Source: Octopus bimaculoides (Eukaryota). Taken from it: 64,000 nt of DNA. The notes below the pieces were generated by a model that was not told the DNA's origin, did not search any database, and saw nothing but the letters and a program-made list of their open reading frames with translations. This document shows positions 10,053 to 22,982 of this stretch, in pieces (position 1 is the first letter of the stretch; each line of letters opens with the position of its first letter). The stretch lies in assembly GCF_001194135.2 (NCBI RefSeq), contig NC_068982.1, forward strand, positions 2,081,817-2,145,816. The letters are read 5' to 3'. The translations under genes and the position numbers were made by a program.

Positions 10053-13000
10053 TATATGCCTGTGTTGGCATTGCTATACCAGGAGGTAGTAAAGGAAAAA
10101 TAAATCAACAACAATATTACTATATATTATTTGAACTCGACAATTCATTTATTTTAAACAGCAAGAAACCATCATCTGCAAATGGCTTCAGTTCTCAATC
10201 AAAAGGAAAACCTAGAACCTACTAAGTATGAAAGTTTTGCACTGAATATTTACTGCTTCGCTGACTTTTCTGCAAGTTCATTACAATAAACGACGCATTC
10301 AATTACATTTGCCTTTCATTATTTTTTCCCCTCAGTATACAACGGGAACAAAGACCAATTGATGGTTTGCAGCATCCAGGAGAATAGTAATTTTCAACAC
10401 TTCTCTCCTGTCCATAAAAATATTCTAAGGAAATAATAAATTCTATTTTGCAACTCACTAATATAGTCAATAGTAATTTCAGGTCTGCAACCGCACTTCT
10501 TTACAGTGGCTAGTTTATTAAAAATGAAAATCAGTTAGAAAAATGTTCAGTATAAAAAGTGTAATGAATCGTCTCTATAATATTCCCGAGGCCAATTTCC
10601 AATTTAAACTTGGAAATTGTCTTTTGCCACGTTTGAAAACATAAATATAATTCTATAAATATGTAAGCGTAGACATTGAAGAGAAAACATATAATCAGCC
10701 GAAAAAAAAAATGAACAGTAATTGTGAGGCAGTTCTTCGTGAAACCACAGTATATCTTAAATCACGTTTCAATATCTCTGTCTCAAGTGGCAAACTTGTG
10801 CTTATACTTACGGTGCCATTCACTCAGGTTGAGTCATCCTCGGCCATCGAATTCACTAAGTCTCGCACGAATACTGACCACGTCTTACGGTCGACCCTAA
10901 CGTTCCCCGGGAAAAGCAATGCTTCTCTATGCGACCCCAAAATCCAGTTTGCAAATTTGACAATTGCCCCACCGGGAGCTCTATTTCTTCAAATTAAACG
11001 GCTTGCTGCTGTTGTGACAGAATATAAGTCATTCAAATGATAGTCATTCTTCACATTTCTCTCCTCACTCGCTTCAACTAATACATACGACATATGTGCA
11101 CACACACGCACACACACATTAACTTCGCTGTGTTGGTGATTACACTGGCCACAGCTTTTGGGCTGAAACGTACAAAAGAAAAAAATATAGATAGATACAG
11201 CTATGTGTGCGCGTGTGTTTGTGTGTGCAGGTTCCCAGGGTGTGAATGCAGGTTTCCAGTATTAATCGTTTCAGTGATAAAATGTATTTCCAACCAATTC
11301 CAAATAGACCGAGAAATATCTAGATTATTTAAAACGTCGAAACATTTAAACATGCAATCTTTTTTTTTTTTTTTTTACACAATTACACTATTTTTTAAAT
11401 TTTAATTTCGTTCGTATTTGATGAATATTAACCACAAGAGTTTTTAGAAATATTGTAATGTAAATTATATCTATTGTAAAAATTCAGTAATATTAAACAT
11501 TTAAAATGTAGTAAACTTTCCGACCACACTAATGTAATCGCTTGCACTTGCAACAATGGAGGATCAAAGGAATTCCGTCTTGACAGACATTTTAATTAAA
11601 CATTGTCCTTCTTCCTTTTTTCTATGTTTTTACTTGTATAAATATATCCTCCCAAACTTTCAAGGATATTTATTCCGAATATTTGCAAACGCGAATCCTC
11701 AATGTCTTCAAATCACATCGCGGTAAATAGGGATTTATTATAACGAGATTTTTCATAATAGTGGATCTCAGATGAAATTTAATACAACAGCCAATGTTTT
11801 ATCTCCAAGCATTATAATAAAAAAAAGAGAAAAACATGCAAACAAGCTATTTCTTTAAGCATGGACATATATTGTCGGATGGTTCTTATATTAATCTTTA
11901 ATTTCATAATGAATTATAAATACAAAAGTTACATTTCTTTACTTTTTAAAAAAGAAATGAAATGAAGAAAATTTTACAACCTCCATTTAAATTTTAGTTT
12001 GAATCTGCTGCCTAATAATTATTCACAAAGAATTTCTTGCCATCTCTATGATCTTTATACGTCATTTAAAACGCCAGAAAAGGTGGTTCGTAGTAATTCA
12101 GGGCTAGCACCTTATGCATGGAGAAAAGAAAGCCGTAAATCTGTTTATTTAAATAAAAGCTTAGTCTGTAGAGAGGGAATTCGATAACATGGGATAATAT
12201 GAATTTTGGATACAAGTAAAAAAAAAAAAAAAAAAAAAAAATAGGTGAGAAAATTCAGTAGACTTGTGTAATAGCTTAAGTTATAGAGAATAGAACCTCT
12301 TTTATTATCTATAAAAATAATATCGCAAAGCATAGAGCATCAACAATAATTTTGTTTCGTAATTTTTCATAGATTTTGAGCTAAAATCTGACGACGTAAC
12401 AAAAAGGTTTGTCGGAAATTATTCTAGATATTATAAAGTCCCTTGAGGAATTCCAAAAGATTTCCACGTACTTTTCAATTTCAGTAGCAACTAAAATTTC
12501 TCGGCCACGCTGACCTATAATATCTAAAGAAGATTTCCTGGGTATTTGCCTTGAAAAGTACACAAATATCACGGCACGAACAGACTAATCAAAAGAAATA
12601 TAAGAGATGCGGGCGACTGCAGACATTCGTTGAAGTAATTACTAGAAAAGTATGTCTCTCCCAAATAACTCATTCGAGCAACACACAATATTTCACATGA
12701 CGAAATAATATGGAAGAGTTGTGGTTACTTACTGATATGCAGATTGTAATTGAGGTAATTTAGAGTATTTTATTTTGTTCAAGTCTATATTCGGTCGAAT
12801 GTGACGCATTCTGTGTTCTCCTTTATATGATTCTTCATTATATATTAATCCGTTTGATAGTTTTTATACATTTGAAGCCCATAATGAATTCATGTATAAT
12901 TTTATGAATTTTATTGATGTATCTTATGTACCTTATTATGCATCTTATGATGTATTTGTTGCAGTGAATTCCTGTGAGTTTTCTACTTACGCTCGCTCAT

Positions 13001-13460
13001 GTGGTCTTTTGGAATATTTATTCTGAAAGGATGTTTGTTTTATTCTTTCTGTTCTGTATTATTTCTATAATTTATTTCAAGACCTGAAAATTTCATATCC
13101 ACATCCCTCATTCTGTCAAGCACCGTTTTGAAAGTTCTCCTGTAATAATCCGTCATGTCATGTTTAAATGTATAATTATTGTATACTAAATTTAATCTTC
13201 TAATTTTCATTATCACCCAAATATCGGCACCGAGAAGGAAATAGAAAAGAAGCATAAGCTTTCAGATTTCAACGGTTTATATGCAGAAACAGAACGACAT
13301 ACACATGCGCGCGCGATATATAGCAGGAAAGTTGAAGCGGATGCAACGAGGAAAAAGGAATTAATTGCCTTTTTTATAGGCAGGAATCCATTAAATACTG
13401 CTTTATCATTATTATTATTCAGTCAAGAAATTGCCTAATTTCAATAAGTTATTATCAGCC

Positions 13461-13573
13461 CAACAACACGGTTTGGGGTTCATTCCCATTGCGTGGCAAC
13501 TTGGGTATGTGCATTTACTGTAGCTCAGGGTCGAACAGGGCCTTGTGACTGGGTAGGCGGAAACTTACAGAAG
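13461..13573 (+). mobile_element. 5' half of SINE family C (tRNA B-box remnant plus CORE-like segment), followed by its internal microsatellite
   Basis: ggtttggggttcattcccattgcgtggcaacttgggtatgtgc resembles a tRNA 3' end plus CORE-like ccttgggcaagtgtc; homologous minus-strand fragment at 45930-46015. Confidence 0.6.
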
Positions 13574-13616
<43 letters not shown>

Positions 13617-13720
13617 TGTATATATANNNNNNNNNNNNNNNNNNNNNNNNNNNNNNNNNNNNNNNNNNNNNNNNNNNNNNNNNNNNNNNNNNNNNNNNNN
13701 NNNNNNNNNNNNNNNNNNNN

Positions 13721-13772
<52 letters not shown>

Positions 13773-13785
13773 TACACACACACGG

Positions 13786-14070
13786 GGTGCGGTGAATGTA
13801 TTGTCTAAATTACGCAAATATGAAAATAACACCGGCATCTCAACTACCTCCTGCAGGCACTACACGTAGGCCTCGGTGTTCAGTTTGAGGCCACGTTGGA
13901 GGATGAATGGAAACATAACGGCGCCGTCACTAGTGATCACTCCAAACACCATGACGTTGACTCCATGTTTGATTCTTATCACTCTCGGTGCAGGTCTTCA
14001 GATTGACACCCAAACACTCTGAAATGATCGTATTGGAGCTTCCGGTGCGAATGCCGAGCAGTACAGCATG
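13786..14070 (-). mobile_element. Tc1/mariner-superfamily transposase relic (maT/DD37D-like catalytic region)
   Basis: Minus-strand translation IRIKHGVNVMVFGVITSDGAVMFPFILQRGLKLNTEAYV*CLQEVV fits the (K)HP..VMV.GV.T.DG..MPP.F...GL.LN...Y..CL..VV segment; stops present. Confidence 0.75.
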
Positions 14071-14340
14071 TCGTTTCTAAATTTATGGTAGGCTTAATTG
14101 CCTCATGGTACTGTTGTTCTCACAGACGATGTCCAACTGACCCTACTATAATGTATAGTCGACTAAGTCAAAAGCAAACAACGCACACGCACGAAATAAA
14201 AATATAAAATGGTAACAGTTTACCCATCGCTCCCTATATATATATATATACATATACATACATATACACACACGCTCACACATACACACGCGCGCGTGCA
14301 CACACACATATACATCTACGTGCGTGTATGTTTGTGTCTG

Positions 14341-14555
14341 TGTTTGTCCCCACCACCACAGCTTGACAACCGGTACTGGTGTGTTTACATCCCCGTTTAC
14401 CTTAGAGGTTCGGCAAAAGACACCGATAGAGTACGGACAAGGCTTTAAAAAAAATTCCTGGGGTCGATACATTGCACTAAAATGTCTTAAAGGTGTTGCT
14501 CCAGCATGATTTCAGTCAAATAACTGAAAGAGCTGAAAGGTAAAAAGAAAATGGC
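14341..14555 (+). mobile_element. 3' half of SINE family C
   Basis: caccaccacagcttgacaaccggtactggtgtgtttacatccccg...cggcaaaagacaccgatag...gctccagcatgatttcagtcaaataactgaaa; homologous to 17360-17584. Confidence 0.75.
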
Positions 14556-15131
14556 GTCGCGTTTATGTTTACGTTTTAGTCTCTTCAGCCATTTTAGTAC
14601 CACTAAATACGAGTCCCATCTTATTTATTGTATTTCGTGAAGCATCACACAGAACAAAATCTCAACGTCTCTGTCTAGTCGATGTATAGAGGATACCATT
14701 GTAAAAATCGATTATTTTTGTTCACTACTCTCTAATGTAAAACACCGAAAAAATTTTCCCGCCTTTACTTTTTTATTTTATTTAATACCTTGTACGGCAA
14801 TAGGCTTATTTTCTGTTTGCTGCAAATTTAAATACACAGTGCATGCCAATTACACTGCTCTAAGTTTGCTCAAGAGAGAATTATTACTGTTGTGTATACG
14901 CTTATAAAAATCTGTGAGCAGAATGAAATTCTGGAGTTAAATTAATTTTAACTATAGAAATTTCATCTGTATCCAATGGAATTGCTCTGTCGCGTTTCTT
15001 TCCACCAATTATGTGATTCTTGAAATGACGCGTGTTCCAGAGCACCTGTTCTTTATAATTACTTCTGTGTATCTCTAGCTTTTTCCTGAGAACCACTGGC
15101 TAATATATATATATATATATATGTGTGTGTA

Positions 15132-15165
<34 letters not shown>

Positions 15166-15278
15166 CACATATATTTATATATATTTATACAGACATGCAT
15201 ATATATACATATATATATACACACAAGTATATATATATATTTATATATGTACATAAATAAGCAGGCATTTGCATTATG

Positions 15279-15315
<37 letters not shown>

Positions 15316-17301
15316 AATATAATATAAATATACAAATATATGCATATATCCATACATATGTGTATGGATATATGTATGGATATATGCATATATTTATATA
15401 TTATTTATATTATTATATGATCGGTCGCGACGCATCCTTTTCCAAGTAAGTTTTATCTACACCCCCCCCCACACACACATATACGTACTTATAAATATAC
15501 AAAGGAGCGGATATGTACAAGCGTAAAGACATAATTTTACTGTAACCTGGAGTATAAAAAATACTGACATCTTAAGACAGAATACATTGTTTTTTTTAAT
15601 CAGCAGCTGTTTGTAATAGTCGTAGTATTTATAATTGGCAGATGGAATGTGACTAAAGTCATGGACATGCAAACAGTAGATGTTTGCATATAGGTAAAAC
15701 GGCTTCCTTTATCAGGATGAAAAGTTGGTAAATATATATCTGCATTTAAATATGTATGTGTGAAGATTTCTATATATGAAGCCTAATCGTATTTATCTAT
15801 ATCGCTATAAATATCTCCCACTTTCTCTCCCTCTCTCACTCTCTGTATATGCACAGGCATTTAGGAGAAGAACATTGAGTAATGTGAAGTCTAGTTGTAC
15901 ATAAATGTACACTGACCGTCCAGTATGTAGTCAGGAATAAACAAATTAGCATTAACCAGCATCAAAACATAGTAGCGTTAAAGTTGAAGCGAAAAAGAAA
16001 TGTGGGCCTTGAGGGAAGAAACTCCTCTCACTCTCTTCCACTTTTTTGTTTTTCTTTCTTCCTTTCTTTTCTCCTCGTTTCTCTTTCCATTTTTTTTTTT
16101 TTTTTACTTTTACTTTGGCACATGATGCGTGGACATTGAAATTGATAGTATTTCTAACGGTTGCTTACGTTTAAGTAAATGCGAACGTGAACGCACCTAA
16201 AAAGCATATCAGAAACAGCTGCAAGTCTATAACGTACAAATACATTCATAAAACCCATTATTTCAACTCATAACACAAAATTCATTTTGTAAATGTATTC
16301 TTCACTGTTTGGCGACAAGAGCACGGAAGAAAACACGCACGCACACACGTGTATATTCTAAAATCACTCGACTATTGTGAGTGCTACATTCCAAACCACA
16401 CCCCGCGGTAGGTGAAGATACACGAAGTAGAAACAGTACTGTACTGCATATTTTTTGTTCATTATTTTTTATAATTTGTATATATTTATACAACGCAAAA
16501 CAACACCACACCCTCGCCTCCCGAGTTTCGTTTTCTATACGCGATTTTTGCTTATTCATCTACGGTACACTATGTATTTTCTTGCAATATATATTTTCAT
16601 TACACTGCTTATTTTACCACTGAAATAATTAAAATATAAAAAATATAAACACTTATCGACCACACAAACTCCCGATATAACGATGCTACTGTGATATTAA
16701 TTTACATATACTATCCAGAAAAATCCGCGACATACTGAGGGTGAAATAGGTGAACCGCCATATGATAAGTGATTGGTGTCTAATTTTGAGAGAGGGTGCT
16801 TCTAAGCTTACTCATGGGATGGTTATCTCCCCTATCATTAAATGTACAATGAGCTTTCAATCAGCTTTAAGAGTTTTAAAGCACCCAGAGTCACAGTTAG
16901 TGAGGATTAAATTTCTCGTTCACACACACACACATACGCACACGCATACACACACGCACATGCACACACATCTTTGTTAGAAATTCAGTCGGAAGGAAAT
17001 ATTCAAATTTGTTATACGGATAAAATACAGCAATATTAATTTTTTTTCTCGTATGGGTTGACACAGAGATGTTTGTTTTCATAGTGGAGAAGGGTGTATT
17101 GTTTAATCGGGAACCCCCACGTTAATTTTTGTCTGTCTTTTCTCGTTTGGAAATCATTTCACATGAATACAACTTTACTAAGGGCAAATAACTTCTCCCT
17201 ACTTCGTTTACGTTAACATTGCCTATTCTGTTAGACATGATTTTGCTTATGTGTATTATGATAATGTGAAATGAGTTTCAAGAACAACAAGCACTTTCTT
17301 G

Positions 17302-17344
<43 letters not shown>

Positions 17345-17359
17345 TGTGTGTGTGTATTA

Positions 17360-17584
17360 TTGTCCGCCCCCACCATAAGTCCTCTCCGTTTTCTTATTGC
17401 TATATATATATATGTGTATTTGTGTGTGTTTTCCCCACACATCACATGACAACTGATGCTGGTGTGTTTACATTACTGTAACTTAGCGATTCGGCAGTAG
17501 AGACCGTTAAAATAAACAATGTCCTGAGGTGCTCCAGCATGACCGCAGTCAAATGACTGAAACAAGCAAACGAATAAAAGAATA
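17360..17584 (+). mobile_element. 3' half of SINE family C
   Basis: gacaactgatgctggtgtgtttacatt..gtaacttagcgattcggcagtagagaccg...ggtgctccagcatgaccgcagtcaaatgactgaaacaag. Confidence 0.75.
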
Positions 17585-17684
17585 TGCCTATGTGTGGACT
17601 TGAAATGAATATAATCGAAAATGATGAACAGCCATGTTCCATGTTATAGGTTCAATAATTCTTGTGAGTGTGTGTGTCTGCGTT

Positions 17685-17961
17685 GATACGATCAACTGAA
17701 TAGCCTGCTCGTAAAATTAACGTGCAAGTGGCCGAGCACTCCGCAGACACGTGTACTCTTAACGTATTTGTCGGAGATTCAGCGTGACACAGTGTATCAA
17801 AGCTGGCCCTTTGAAATACAGGTACTTCTCATTTATGCCAGCTGAGTGGACTGGAGAAACTTAGAATAAAGTGTCTTGCTCAAGGATACAACGCGTAGCC
17901 GGGAATTGAACTGACGACCTTACGATCGGGAGGCGATTGCTCTAACCACTAAGCCACGCGC
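17685..17961 (-). mobile_element. tRNA-derived SINE: tRNA head, CORE-like domain, family B 3' half
   Basis: Minus: gcgcgtggcttagtggttagagc...agttcaattcccgg...tccttgagcaagacacttta...cctgtatttcaaagggccagc...gagtgctcggccacttgcacgttaattttacgagcaggct; the last part aligns with 4885-5030. Confidence 0.85.
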
Positions 17962-18001
17962 TTTCATTTGTACATATATACGTGTGTGTGTTTGTGCGTG
18001 C

Positions 18002-18045
<44 letters not shown>

Positions 18046-18069
18046 GTATATTTATACACATGTATATAG

Positions 18070-18386
18070 GGAAGGGAGGAATTTCAACCATGTTTCGTGG
18101 TCTGCTCCCACAACAGCTCCTTTATAGGATCCAGTTAGCTCAAGATATCATCAGGAGGAACCACGTCCGGTTTCGGCCCCTACTCCTCTACCGTTTTGAC
18201 GTGGCGGGTCCTCCCCTTTCGGAGGTGTCTTCAGCTCTGGTGTTCGGTGCATGTCTTCTTTCACTGTCTGTGACTGTTCTAATTCAACTGTGGAATGTCC
18301 CTCGTTATGCTTATTTTCCAGGAGGTTCTGGCCACACGTCTTACGGTTCATCAACCCGCGTTGTTGAATTACTTTCTTCTGACATA
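18070..18386 (-). mobile_element. Probable 3' end (pseudo-LTR) of a Penelope-like element, cut by a gap
   Basis: GC-rich island; the minus strand ends in cctcctgatga...gagcagaccacgaaacatggtt, the CTGATGA...GAAAC arrangement typical of PLE termini. Confidence 0.45.
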
Positions 18387-18819
18387 NNNNNNNNNNNNNN
18401 NNNNNNNNNNNNNNNNNNNNNNNNNNNNNNNNNNNNNNNNNNNNNNNNNNNNNNNNNNNNNNNNNNNNNNNNNNNNNNNNNNNNNNNNNNNNNNNNNNNN
18501 NNNNNNNNNNNNNNNNNNNNNNNNNNNNNNNNNNNNNNNNNNNNNNNNNNNNNNNNNNNNNNNNNNNNNNNNNNNNNNNNNNNNNNNNNNNNNNNNNNNN
18601 NNNNNNNNNNNNNNNNNNNNNNNNNNNNNNNNNNNNNNNNNNNNNNNNNNNNNNNNNNNNNNNNNNNNNNNNNNNNNNNNNNNNNNNNNNNNNNNNNNNN
18701 NNNNNNNNNNNNNNNNNNNNNNNNNNNNNNNNNNNNNNNNNNNNNNNNNNNNNNNNNNNNNNNNNNNNNNNNNNNNNNNNNNNNNNNNNNNNNNNNNNNN
18801 NNNNNNNNNNNNNNNNNNN

Positions 18820-18874
<55 letters not shown>

Positions 18875-19640
18875 ACACACACACACACGTATATAAGCAT
18901 GTATTTATAGACAATATATAGATTTATACTGTAAGTATGGGAGAAGGAGGAAGGGAGAAGCAGTTATGAAGATGAAGCAAAGCTTTGCTAATCTCATTGC
19001 TCTTTAATAAAGATATAAGGAAAAGAGCCACTTGGGTCTGGAGTATATTTCACTCCATTGAATTTTATGATTACAAATTGCAAATATTCTCTCCAGCAAG
19101 CTTATCCTTTTATAAACAATTTCTCTCCTTCAACCATCTCTTACGCTGTTTATGTTGATGTTTAATTGTGAGTGTTTGAAATCATTAATCTGTTATCGCT
19201 GCTGCTGCTGCTGTTGTGGTGGTGGTGGTGGTGGCGATAGTTGTAGTTGCTCTTTTTTTATTTCGTTCTCTCTTACACATACGCTCAGACATATCATTCT
19301 GTTTCAATGTTAACCTTACTTTTACTGGTCCTAATCAAATAACTGCGAATATGCAAGGCTATACCCTTAAAAGGAACTGCGATATTCCAGTGCACCAACA
19401 ATCTTATAGAACTCTCTTCCTCAGCCGCTAAGTTACGGCGTCAAAGGGAGCAATCTAAATATATGCATCAACATATATGCACGTATTAACTTGCAGATAC
19501 ACACCCACACAGGCACACACCTGCGCGCGCAAACACACACATACAAAGACATGTATTGTTTTCCTTGATCGTAAGATGGACAGAAAAGTACTCCATCTGG
19601 TAAGTGATAAATGTTATTCAATGAACACAGTATATATATA

Positions 19641-20365
19641 TCTATGACCTACTAATAGTTTCATGCCAAGAAAAACAAAACTGAGATAGCATTTTATAAC
19701 AGGTCTGGTATTTTCACGCAGTCTTCAGTCTGTGCCTGAATGCCAGAAGATTGCGGAAAGGCATCAGGCGTTTTATAAAATACTGTCTGCTGTTTTTTTT
19801 TGTTTTTTTTTTTGGTTGGGGTGGGATTTTATCGCACGAAATGATTTCTAGCTCATAAAAAAAGATAGTGTTTATTAAATAATATATGTGCATGGGGACA
19901 GGCCTTGTCGTGCAGTAGAAGAACTCCATGCTGCCGATTATGTCCTTTCTCTTGAATAGAGTTCCGCGTTGACCGTTTGGTTCCGTTCAAGCAATTCTTA
20001 ATGGATAATCCCTTCCCAGTCCCACCATACGCACAACATCGTTTTACGCGGATGAAGAATTTTGTTTCACGCACGTTGTCGCTTCTTTACTGGGGCTATG
20101 CCATTTTTTACGCTGCTTCATATTGATGCAAAGGCACCATTTTTCGTCGCCAGTAACGATTCGGTAAAGAAATCATTGCTTGTCTCCAGAAGTTGAGCGG
20201 TACCGAGCAAGCAAACCAGCGAAGATTGTGACTCGCTGATTTTTGTTGGTTTAACTTAAAGCATGCGGAACTCGTGCTCCATACTTCTGAACCTTTCCCA
20301 TCGAGGGAAGATGCTTTTCTATAACAGTATAGGAGCATTCCATTTTCTCTGCCAGCTCCCTTGTT
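19641..20365 (-). mobile_element. Mariner (DD34D) transposase relic
   Basis: Minus translation RELAEKMECS...KVQKYGARVPHALS...FLYRIVTGDEKW...LHPRKTMLCVWWDWEGIIH...VLLLHDKACPH; contains the WVPH-like, first-D and second-D motifs with stops and deletions. Confidence 0.92.
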
Positions 20366-20382
20366 TGTTTATATATATATAT

Positions 20383-20426
<44 letters not shown>

Positions 20427-20459
20427 NNNNNNNNNNNNNNNNNNNNNNNNNNNNNNNNN

Positions 20460-20525
<66 letters not shown>

Positions 20526-20561
20526 ATAAATTCACATACATTTATAAAACAATGAAGTCTG

Positions 20562-20640
20562 GTGCAGTCTTCTGGCTTACCAGTTCCAGCCAAACACTCC
20601 AACCCATGACAGCATGGGAAACGTGCATTAAATAATGGTG
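20562..20640 (+). mobile_element. SINE 3' tail fragment
   Basis: ctccaacccatgacagcatggg... also found at 49245-49275 (ctctccaacccatgtcagcatgg). Confidence 0.5.
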
Positions 20641-20689
20641 TCGATATATTTATCATAGTATATATTTTCTAGTCTTCAAATAGGGCAGC

Positions 20690-21861
20690 ATATCCCAGGT
20701 ATCGAATTACCGACCCATCTCCCTTACACCTCATCTCATCAAATTATTTGAGAGAGTGGTGCGATCTAGAGTGACTCACTTCCTGGAAAGCAACAACCTG
20801 CTGGTTCCCAACCAGCATGGTTTCCGCAATGGCAGCGACCGTCTTACACAGCTTTTGCATCATTTCGACGATATCCTAATAGCCATGAGTGAGGGATCCA
20901 ATGCAGATTTCGTACACCTTGACCACAACATCTTGTTAAAAAAACTGTGCAAGGGATGCTTCTAAAGTGGTTTAAATCCTTTCTGGTGAACAGAACGCAG
21001 CATGTGGTGATCAATGGTGTTCGATCAAGCACAGCAAAAGTCGTCAGTGGTGTCCCACAAGGCACTGTGTTAGTCTCACTCCTGTTCCTTATCTACATAA
21101 ATGACATCATCAGGGTCATTAAATAACATAATATAAACATTTCTGCGGATGACTCAAAGCTTCTGGAGGTTGTCAACAGGATGGGAGACCGAACAAATCT
21201 TCAATCAAACCTATTTGCTGTTATCCAACGGGCGCAAAAACATAACATGCAACTGAACGAGAACAAGTTTGAGCTAATGCACTTTGGTAAAGAGGCTGCA
21301 CTTAATCAGATATTCTTCCTTCAGGCGAACAGATCACGGCCTGAAACACCGCTAGGGATCTCGGTGTGACTGGTGATGATAACTTAAGTTGCAGTGTCCA
21401 CACAAACATGAACGTCGACATGGCCCGCAGGGCGTGCTCCTGGATGCTCAGGATTTTCCAGTCTAGAGATGCTCCAACCATTATCCTTTTTTCTACCTTC
21501 GCCCTCCCTCACCTTGAATAGTGTCGTCCGCTATGGTCTCTCTACACGAGCTAGAATATTAAAAAAGCTTGAAGCATCTCAGAGATCAATTAAAAATATT
21601 GATGGTATGTCTAGTCTTAATTACTGGGATCGACTTGCGAATCTCGAACTGTATTCTCTCCAGCACCGCCGAGAGCGCTTTATTATTTGTATGAGCCACC
21701 TCCACCAAATAAACCACCTACACCCGGATATACTGCTACAAACAACAACTCTTTAATCGAATGGGCAATGGTGCCCAAAGATAACTATACAAAAATAAAT
21801 TACTAAACGTCTTTTCCAGGTGATGCTATGGCCTGGGCCAATGTGGCCGAAACCTATCCAA

Positions 21862-21865
<4 letters not shown>
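20690..21865 (+). mobile_element. CR1/L2-group LINE, 5'-truncated reverse transcriptase region plus 3' end, pseudogenised
   Basis: NYRPISLTPHLIKLFERVV...NQHGFR...SGVPQGTVL..LLFLIYIND...ADDSK...L.LYSLQHRRER; 3' end ggtgatgctatggcctgggccaatgtggccgaaac resembles 57490-57540. Confidence 0.92.
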
Positions 21866-21897
<32 letters not shown>

Positions 21898-21987
21898 GCA
21901 AGGGTGTCACTATGTCACACACACGTATTGTTTCTCTACGTTGCAAACTGTGGACTTACCTTCAACTGCTCTACTCTAAATTGCAAT

Positions 21988-22068
<81 letters not shown>
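21988..22068. repeat. (TG)n microsatellite
   Basis: Direct reading. Confidence 0.98.
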
Positions 22069-22070
<2 letters not shown>

Positions 22071-22640
22071 TGTAGCTGTTAATATTGATTGAGACAGTCA
22101 CAGAAGTTCGATCGTTCAACTGCGCACATGCACACAGACGGCACGCTAGAACACAAATGTACATGTGTGTTGGATGTGTGAGAGCGAGATTGAGAGAGAG
22201 AGATGATGGTGGAGATGATGATGATGAAATAAATATAAAATAGAATTATTTGGTGACCTTTATCCGTAAGGGTTTGCATCTCAAAATAATATTTTTTCCG
22301 ATATCAATTATTGAACAATCTTGTCCGTGTACTTATATATTTTCTCGCCCTTCTGTTTCCTTGCTAAAGTCAATAAAGCTAATTGATACCCAATGTTATC
22401 ACCTGCGATTGTCCAAATAACATTAGTTAATAATGATTTATGTTTTTCCCTAGCTGTACAGCTACTTAGGGTTACAGGTTGTTTTTTTCTATTCCTGTCT
22501 GACAGTTGCTTACGGTTGGATTTTCTTTTTATTCTTCCCGGTCGTATACAATAATTCAAATAGATTTGACTGTCATTTGATTGTCACAAAACATAAGGAA
22601 TCAAATAATCACGTGGTTAGAATAGAAAGAAAGCAATGAT

Positions 22641-22982
22641 AACAAGACCACTCAGCGAGGGCAAATCTCCGCCAAGGCAATACCAAGGCAACCTCTCAAC
22701 GATTGGCCGGAGATGAGTTTTAAAATGAGAATATCTCAAATAAACTCGACTGCACTCACAAATGAAAAAGGAATCCAACCGTTCTCAAAAATTAAGTAGA
22801 AAAACAGGAAACATAATCCAGAATCCTTATCCGGTAGCGGATCGATCCCAAAATCTAATCAGTTCGTTCCAGTCACGAGGCCAAACATTCGAATGTATCC
22901 AGCGGTTCTTGAGATATCCTGTTCACGAACAAACAAACACGACTGAAAACAATACCTTGGCCTTCGCGAAGGCGAGATAACA
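22641..22982 (-). mobile_element. Non-autonomous Helentron/DINE-1-like (HINE) element
   Basis: Subterminal inverted repeat ctccgccaagg (22667-22677) versus ccttggc (22955-22961); adjacent palindrome gccttcgcgaaggc at one end; short stem-loop (actc agc gag) at the other; aacaa at both ends. Confidence 0.55.

Noticed and set aside
10812-11077. Minus-strand 266-nt exon whose only in-frame stops are two TGA codons (selenoprotein or read-through idea)
   Set aside because: Two stops in 88 codons is unremarkable, the acceptor is weak, the peptide resembles no selenoprotein family I know, and no SECIS was seen.
13040-13255. 71-aa minus ORF (…DMTDYYRRTFKTVLDRMRDVDMKFSG…), and similar short ORFs at 26016-26309, 36575-36763, 42119-42349, 56367-56630 and 59332-59607
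   Set aside because: No recognisable motif or convincing pair of splice sites; ORFs of this length are expected by chance many times in 64 kb across six frames.
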